Below are positions 56,862 to 64,000 of a stretch of 64,000 bases of DNA, piece after piece; the stretch's first letter is position 1; every line of letters starts with the position of its first letter. The DNA is from Zygnema circumcarinatum SAG 698-1b. Taxonomy: Eukaryota; Plantae; Zygnematophyceae. The position numbers were made by a program, and so were the translations under genes. The stretch spans positions 1,550,001-1,614,000 of the forward strand of contig CM074806.1 of assembly GCA_037447605.1 (NCBI GenBank). Direction: 5' to 3'. The notes beneath the pieces are model-generated. The model had not been told where the DNA came from. It did no database searches and saw only the letters and a program-made list of their open reading frames with translations.

Positions 56862-59800
56862 CTAACCAGCAGGCGAGACGACCTGTCTCACTCTTAGACG
56901 GGCTGTCGATGGCTCAGACGAGTCACCACTTTTCACAACGCTTGCTTCGTCAGTGGAAGAAGAAGAAACAAAATCTTGCATTTGTATCTCCATAGCTGGA
57001 TGGCCTTCTTTCTTGGGCGGAAGAGAGTGCTGCTCCAACTTCGCCTGCCCTTCTTCCACAAGCTTCTTGAATATGTTGATCATTGTCGGAACCAGCTTCG
57101 CCATGACAGCGAGCAATCCGGGCATCTGCAGAAGCATTCAAACATCCCCCATGTCAGAGCGAAACATTTCATCCATTCGTAATTGCAGAGCCTCAGTAGC
57201 CGCTTTCCACAAACTTTAGTACGGACGACAAGAACAAAAGCTGTTGAAAAGAGAACTCACAAGGCCAGCCGTGAAATCCCCTGCAACGTCCAGCTGGACC
57301 CACAGTGCGCGGAAGAAGAAGTACCCCGCCACGAGGCAGACTAAGAGGAAGGGATTCCTGCTCGCAGGGAGATCAAAAACTAACAATGCGAGTTAGGTCC
57401 AAGCCGCGATGCGACCAGCACTGGCAGCGCACTGGCACACACCTGCATGCATGCATGGAAGCACACCCTCCAACTCCCCTGCCCCCGCCCTCTGCCCCCG
57501 CCTCTGCCCTCTGCCTCCTGCCTCCGCCTCCCTCTTGCCCCTCTGCCTCTGCCTCCGCCCTCTGCCCTCTGCCCTCTGCCTCTGCCCTCTGTTCTTCTTG
57601 TTCTTCTGCTTTTTTTGTCTTCTTTTTTGTTTTTTTGTTTTTTTGCTTTTTTTGTCTTTTTTGTCTTTTTTGTCTTTTTGTCTTTTTGTCTTTTTGTCTT
57701 TTTTGTCTTTTTGTCTTTTTTGTCTTTTTTGTCTTTTTGTCTTTTTTGTCTTTTTGTCTTTTTTGTCTTTTTGTCTTTTTGTTCTTCCTTGTCTTTCTTT
57801 TTCTTGTTTTTTTGTCTTTTTGTCTTTTTGTTTTTTTTGTTCTTTTTGTCTTTTTTGTCTCTTTGTCTTTTTGTCTTTTTGTTTTTCTTTTTTGCCTTTG
57901 TCCTTTGTCTTTTTGTCTTTTTTGTCCGTTTTGCTTCTTTCTGCTTTTTCCTCTGTTTTTCTGTTTGCTCTTTTTGTCTTTTTGTCTTTTTTGTTTTTTC
58001 TGTTTTTTGTTCTTTCTGTCTTTTTGTCTTTTGTTCTTTTTGTTTGTCTTTTTTGTTCTTTTGTTCTTTTTGTTTTTTTGTCTTTTTGTCTTTTTGTCCT
58101 CTGTCTTTTTGTTCTTTCTGTCTTTTTGTCTTTTTGTCTTCTGTCTTTCTGTTCTTCTTGTCTTCTCTTTTGTTCTTTTTGTCTTTTTTGTCTTTTTTGT
58201 TCTTTTTGTCTTTTTTGTTCTTTTTGTCTTTTTTGTTCTTTTGTCCTTTGTCTTTTTTGTTCTTTTTGTTTTTCTGTCTTTTTGTTTGTCTTTTGTTTTT
58301 CTGTCTTTTTGTTTGTCTTTTTTGTTTTTTTGTTTTTCTGTTTTTTTGTTTTTTTTGTTTTTTTGTTTGTTTGTTTTTCTGTCTTTTTTGTTCTTTTTGT
58401 TCTTTTTGTTTGTTTGTTCTTTTTGTTTTTTCTGTTTTTTTTGTTTTTTTGTCTTTTGTTCTTCTTGTTTTTTTGTTCTTTTGTCTCTTTTTGGTTCTTT
58501 TTGTTCTTCTGTTTTTTCACTTTCTTTGCTCTGCTGCTTGCTCCCTGCTGCTCCCTTTGCCTTTTGTTGTCTTTTGCCCTCTGCTTTGTCTTCTCTGTCT
58601 TTTCCTTTGTCTTCTGTCTTTCTGTCTTTTTGTCCTCTGTCTTTCCTTTGCCTCTGTCTTTCTGTCTTCTTGTCTTTTGTTTGTTTGTCCTCTGTCTTCT
58701 GTTCTTTCTGTCTTTCTTTTTGTCTTCTTGTCTTCTGTTTTTTTGTTTTTTGTCTTCTTGTCTTTTTTGTCTTGTCTCTTTTGTCTTTTTGCTCTTTTTG
58801 TCTTTTTTGTTCTTTTTGTTTGTTCTTTTTGTTCTTTTTGCCTCTTTTTTGTCTTTTTGTCTTTTTTGTCTCTCTTTGTCTTTTTTGTCTTTTTTGTCTT
58901 TTTTGTCTTTTTTGTCTCTTTGTTTTTTTGCTCTTTTTGTTCTTTTTGTCTTTTTTGTTTTTTTGTCTTTTTTGTCTTTTTGTCTTTTTTGCTTCTTTCT
59001 GTCTTTTTTGCTTCTTTTGTCTTTTTGTCTTTTTTGTTCTTTTTGTTTTTTTGTCTGCCTCTGCCTCTGCCTCTGCCTTTGCCTCTGCCTTTGCCTTTGC
59101 CTCTGCCTCTGTCTCCTGCCTCCGCCTCTGCCTCTGCCTCTTCTTTGCCTCCGCCTTTGCCCTTTCCCTTTTCCTCTGCCTCTGCCTCTGCCTCTGCCTT
59201 CGCCTCTGCCTCTGCTCTCTGCTCCTCTGCCTCTGCCTCTGCCTCTGCCCTCCGCCCTCCCTTCTTTCGCCCTTTCCTCTCCCTCTGCCTCTGCTCTCTT
59301 TGCCTCTGCCTCTGCCTTTGTCCTTTGCCTTTGTCTCTCTGCCTTTGTCCTCTGCCTCTGCCTCCGCCTCCCTCCTCGCCCTCTGTCTCTCTTGTCCTCT
59401 GCCTCTGCCTCTGCCTCTGCCCTCTGCCTCCCTTCCTCTCCCTCTCCCTTCCCTTCCCTTTCCTTTCCTTCCTTTCCCTTTCCTTCCCCCTTTTCCCTTC
59501 CTCCCTTCCTTCTTCTTTCTCTCCCTTTCTTTTCCTTCTTTTCCCTTTCCTTTCCTTCTTTCTCTCCCTTTCTTTCCCTCTCCTTTCCTTTCCTTCTTTC
59601 CCTTCTTTTCCCTTTCTTTCCTTCCTTCCTTTCTCTCCCTTCCTTCCTTCCCTCTCCTTTCTTCCTTCCCTTCTTCCTTCTCTCCCTCTCCCTCTCCCTC
59701 TCCCTTCTCCTTTCTCTCCCTTCTCCCTTTCCTCCCTTCCCCTCCCTCCCTCTCCCTCCCTTTCCTTCCCCTTCTCCTTTTCCCCTTCCCTCCCTCCCCT

Positions 59801-62800
59801 TCCCCTCCCCTTCCCTCCCCTCCCCTCCCTTCCCTTCCTCCCCTCCCTCTCCCTTCCCTTCCTCTCCCTCCCTCTCCTTTTCCCTCCCTCTCCCTCTCCC
59901 TCCCTCCCTCTCCCTCCCTCTCCCTCTCCCTCCCTCTCCCTCCCTCTCCCTCCCTCCCTCCCTCCCTCCCTCTCCCTCTCCCTCTCCCTCTCCCTCCCTC
60001 TCCCTCGCCCTCGCCCTCGCCCTCCCCTCCCTCTCCCTCCCTCTCCCTCCCTCTCCCTCCCTCCTCACCCTCTCCCTCTCCCTCCCCTCCTCACCTCTCC
60101 CTCCCTCCCTCTCCCTCTCCCTCCCTCCCTCCCTCTCCCTCCCTCTCCCTCTCCCTCCCTCTCCCTCTCCTCTCCCTCCCTCCCTCCCTCTCCCTCCTCT
60201 CCCTCTCCCTCTCCCAGCGCTTCTCGAGGTGGAGACGGCGATGTCCACCTTGCAACGGCAACAGCCTCGTTGAAGCCGAGGATGAGCATGGCCAGGATGG
60301 CCCGAGGGGGAGGCAGCCAGGAGTTGCCCCTCCCCTGTCGCTTCTGCCAACCCCCTTCTGCATCGAATCAATCAGCTTTGCTCTGCAGATCAAGTTCAAT
60401 CAAGCAGAGGATCCAAATTCCGTTTAAATGCATTTAAACAAATGCTTCACGATATCATTTGGAGGCGCCCTGTGATTTGTATCAGATCTTGTAAATGAGT
60501 TGCTCACCTGCGCTTGCATAGCTTGGCTGATGGTATACTCTGTCTCGGCCACGAACTGCCCCCACAACGCTCGACATTGCGCCGGGCTGATAATGACATC
60601 AGCTGCTGGCACCTGCACAACACAACAACAGCAACAATGCATCGTAATAGCCCATCAAGACAGACTTCAAACCTCTCATCCAGGCATGCACGACACATCC
60701 GCAACTCTTGATTAACAAAAGCATCGACAACCTCGGAGCATGTGGAGTCTAAATTAGCTGCAAGCACGGCCACATTTGGCGGCGAAAGAGCACCAACTTC
60801 CTGCCATATCCATCTTCTCGGCCGGAAGTCTGCGTGCAGTGTACCTGAGCCCACGTGCTTGCGACCATGGCCCTGCTGATGTGGCTGTCCAGAACCTGCA
60901 TCTCGTTTGCGGCAGCAGCCGGTGCTGTTGTCTCGCCTCCTTCCGCATTATCCCCGAGAAGGGTAAGCAATGCACCCTCAATTGTATCCGGCCCCTCATC
61001 ATCGAGTCTCACAGCTGCCAATACAGACAGCAGCTTGAGAGCCTGCACCCCTCCATTTTCTTCAAGTATAGTTAAAGACCACATAGTGAGACAAGACGAA
61101 CTGTAAGGAAGGCAGAAATGGTTGAACGAAAGGCTGCGCCTTATGGTGCAAGGGAAGGAAGGGCTCACCGCCGTCCTCCCTGCTCTTGTGATTGCGCGAA
61201 GGTCCTCCGTCCCAGTCCACCTCCGAGGCAACGAATCCGAATCACGGCTGAAAAGGGTGGTGAATCTGTAAACATAGCCGAGCCCTTTCAGGATAGGTGA
61301 CATAACCAGAAACAGATAACGACATTGACACAAGTACTCCACCATCTACTCGACAATGGGAGTACAATATGTACAATCGTCGGCACAGCACCTCATGATT
61401 CAGGGGCAGCAACTGTAATAGCTCACTTATGGAATTCCCCCTCCTTCTCCTCAGAAATGAACAAGCCATCACCTATCCTTCATTCGAACAAGTGCTTGAT
61501 TTGCCTCCTCACGTGTGCGCTTCTCAATCACATCTCGCCCAGAAGCTTCCAAGTCTGCTTGCATTTTCTCCGCCTCCACATCTTCCAGCTCATATCCGGC
61601 GATGGCAGCTGAAAGGCCCGCTCTCGCAATCGCTCGCTCCTTAAGGAACAAATCCCGAATTTGCGGCCATGTTTGGTCACCGGCTGCAACCAACAGCAAG
61701 CTTACCGGATCCCTAACTGCCGATGTGAAGAATTTCTGCAAATCAAAACGAGTTCATTGAGTGAACATAGAGTACTCAACCCAAAATAAGTCAATAAATA
61801 CAATGGGCGACGGGGTTATGAAATTTCAATCAAAAGACAACGCAACTTTGGTCCTAATGGTTTTCTAATGCCAATTTTGCAATAAAATGGCTATTGCTCC
61901 CTGTATGTTGCAGGAGAACCTAACATATGGAACTACGCATACTTCCTGTAAACAGAGCACTATAAAATTCTAAGAGGTGAAATGCAGTGTAAGATTGCCT
62001 TAGTTGTGCATACCACCTAAACTCAGCCTCAGGCATTGTTTGCCTTTGCAAATGCAAACTACGAGTTTCCACAGCAGGCATCATTGAACCTTTCTTCGTG
62101 TAGGATCGACAGGCCTTCAGCAATGAACCCAATCCACAAAGCAACGTGGGACAACATACAGAAGTCCAAAAATAGAGGGTGCACAAAACAACGGACCTCT
62201 GCATCAGCGGCCACAATCTTCAGCTTCTCTGCCTTCACTGCTGCCACGTGCGCATCCATGTCTCTCTTTAGTTTCTCCCTCGCCTTCCCGGAATTCCACT
62301 CCATTTCAGGGACGTTGGCGTCTGGAAGGAAAAGCACAAAGTTCATGACCTTCAGGCGAGGGGATCAGGAGTTTGCAATCCGCTAATTCAGTATGAATAG
62401 CGTTGGCAATAGCCACCGTTTCCTAAAGGAAAAACTGCTGTACTTCAAACTCCAGGAAAAGAGACACGAAGACCTTAATTGCAGTGCAATGCTTTAGTGC
62501 AGATTGAAGAAGGCTGCCCATCAGCTTGCCTGCTGCGCCGGCATCAAAATGTGACAATGCCTTTTGAGTGAGGTTCCGAGCAACTGCGGCGAAAGCCACA
62601 GAACTGCAATTCTTCCCTCCTGATTGAGAATCCAATTCGGCCTTCAGCGTATCGAGAGCACTTGTCCTGTGGTGATTCAGAGTGGCTTGATAAGCAGGAA
62701 AGAGTCCCTGAACAAACGAACCAAAGAGAAAACATTGTTGGGCAGTTGGACAGCACAACGCTACTTTCTGAATCCATGGATGCAACCATGGACCACATTT

Positions 62801-63550
62801 CATACCTCATTGATGTTTACTTGACCATTCCAAAGTATGCAGTGTCATGAATGCATTGCACAAGCGAACGAAATGCCCATTGAGAAAAAGTGCAAGACTG
62901 CGACTCACCTCACCAGCCTTAGACAAGAGGAAGTTCCTTTTGTTGTTCCGAACTCCTTCGTCGAAATAGACTGCCTCCGAATCATAACTGCGTTCAATTT
63001 CTGCCAGGTCAGGAACTAAAGAGCAGAAACTCATCGATTGGAATTTCTGCAATTTGGTTTGCTGTGCTCTATTCGTTTGCCAGCATGTTCAGACTGGTGC
63101 ATGCATGCGTGATATCTGTGTGCATACATGCATCGCATGGCTATGGAGACGTGTACACATGCACATGCGCTATGCACGAGAACTTCTGTCAGTCAATAAG
63201 GTATGATGTCGGAGACAATGAAGAACAAACGTTTGTCTGCAAGCAGTCTTTATAACGATATGCAAAGTAGCATATAAGCAGAGAGAAGTAAATTATTCAG
63301 CTTCACTAGTATTCAATTTGACTCCAACGAGGTTTCAAATGATCAGGCTGGAGATACATATGAGAAACACGAACTATTCACACACAGTTCAACAGACAAC
63401 CCAACCAAGTCCCAACAATTCCAAAAAGTATTGGCAAAAGAAACAGGAACATACCTCGACAGGCAGATATGCAATACAGCGCCGGCTTGTTTCCCGAATC
63501 CAGTAACAATGCCAGCGCGTGCACCCTCATCAAGTGCGCGCCATGTCTGC
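56862..63550 (-). CDS. RHD3: ROOT HAIR DEFECTIVE 3 / Sey1 atlastin-like GTPase; 3' portion only, GTPase exons lie beyond the window
   Basis: [113 protein letters not shown], RNPF...ALWVQLD, LPGLL....K.VPT. Confidence 0.93.
57470..60215. repeat. About 2.75 kb of polypyrimidine low-complexity sequence inside an RHD3 intron
   Basis: Successive zones of CCTCTG, TTTTTG/TCTTTT, CCTCTG, CCTTT/CCTTC and CCCT/CTCC. The 950-1040 aa ORFs over it are repeat artefacts. Confidence 0.9.
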
Positions 63551-64000
63551 AAAAACAGGACTATGTTCAGACGCAGCACAACTTTCTATGCGCAGCAGTT
63601 ACGAACAAGATGAGAGGGAGAGTGAGAGTGAAAAAGAGTCAAATTAGAGTCCTGAGAATGAAGACTCATTTAAAAAGTGCTCAAGGTTCACAAGAACTAT
63701 CTACAGGAAATTCAGTGCTTAGCGACATGCAATCTAGTTTCGACAAAGTCTTTGCCGCATTGCTCTAATGTAAGTTGGTACACATTTGGCTCCAACAAAC
63801 CTTTCTTCAATTTCATCTGAAGTCATACCATCTAGTGATGAGCAAGCCTTCACAGCTCCTACCCGATTACCTATTCTCTGTAGCACTAAAGTTCTATGTA
63901 TTGTCTTGAAAGACGACTGGTGTTGCACAACGAAACACCCTCCGTAAGCATATGCAAGTTGCTGTTTAAGCTTGGACAGACATCACATCACATTCTTCTC

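Noticed and set aside
57305-60437. Four ORFs of 950-1040 aa on both strands
   Set aside because: They are translations of stop-poor simple repeats inside an RHD3 intron, not genes.

Overview
This is eukaryotic nuclear DNA from a land plant. It is gene-dense, has short GT-AG introns, GC-rich 5' ends and telo-box-like repeats. A non-seed plant such as a hornwort is my inference from intron size, gene density and gene content; it is not proven. Recognisable spliced genes, left to right: a plastid-type alpha/beta-hydrolase (-), a mitochondrial carrier (+), a RelA/SpoT homologue of RSH2/3 type (+), a GH5 exo-beta-glucanase with fascin-like domains (-), histone H2A.X (+), Rab geranylgeranyltransferase alpha (-), a TOM2B-like gene head-to-head with it (+), an ACT-domain-repeat protein (-), an Abraxas/Abro1-like gene (-) head-to-head with an LPE1-like PPR gene (+), an unrecognised acidic tandem-repeat protein (-), and the 3' part of RHD3 (-). 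I saw no tRNA, rRNA or CRISPR array. The best leads are: (1) the acidic 'ELLWxMRD' repeat protein with a decaying 3' end; (2) a GH5 with an extra N-terminal beta-trefoil; (3) a 1.4-kb TIR element with an 8-bp TSD and almost purely polypyrimidine cargo; (4) a palindromic array with CACTA/Helitron-like ends; (5) two displaced copies of pieces of the RGTA locus, one abutting a (TTTTAGGG)n tract; (6) GTAC and G-box motif clusters in promoters. I cannot demonstrate a definite new biological system. A 2.8-kb low-complexity tract in RHD3 may be partly an assembly artefact. Homologue names come from recalled sequence similarity and need BLAST or HMM confirmation.
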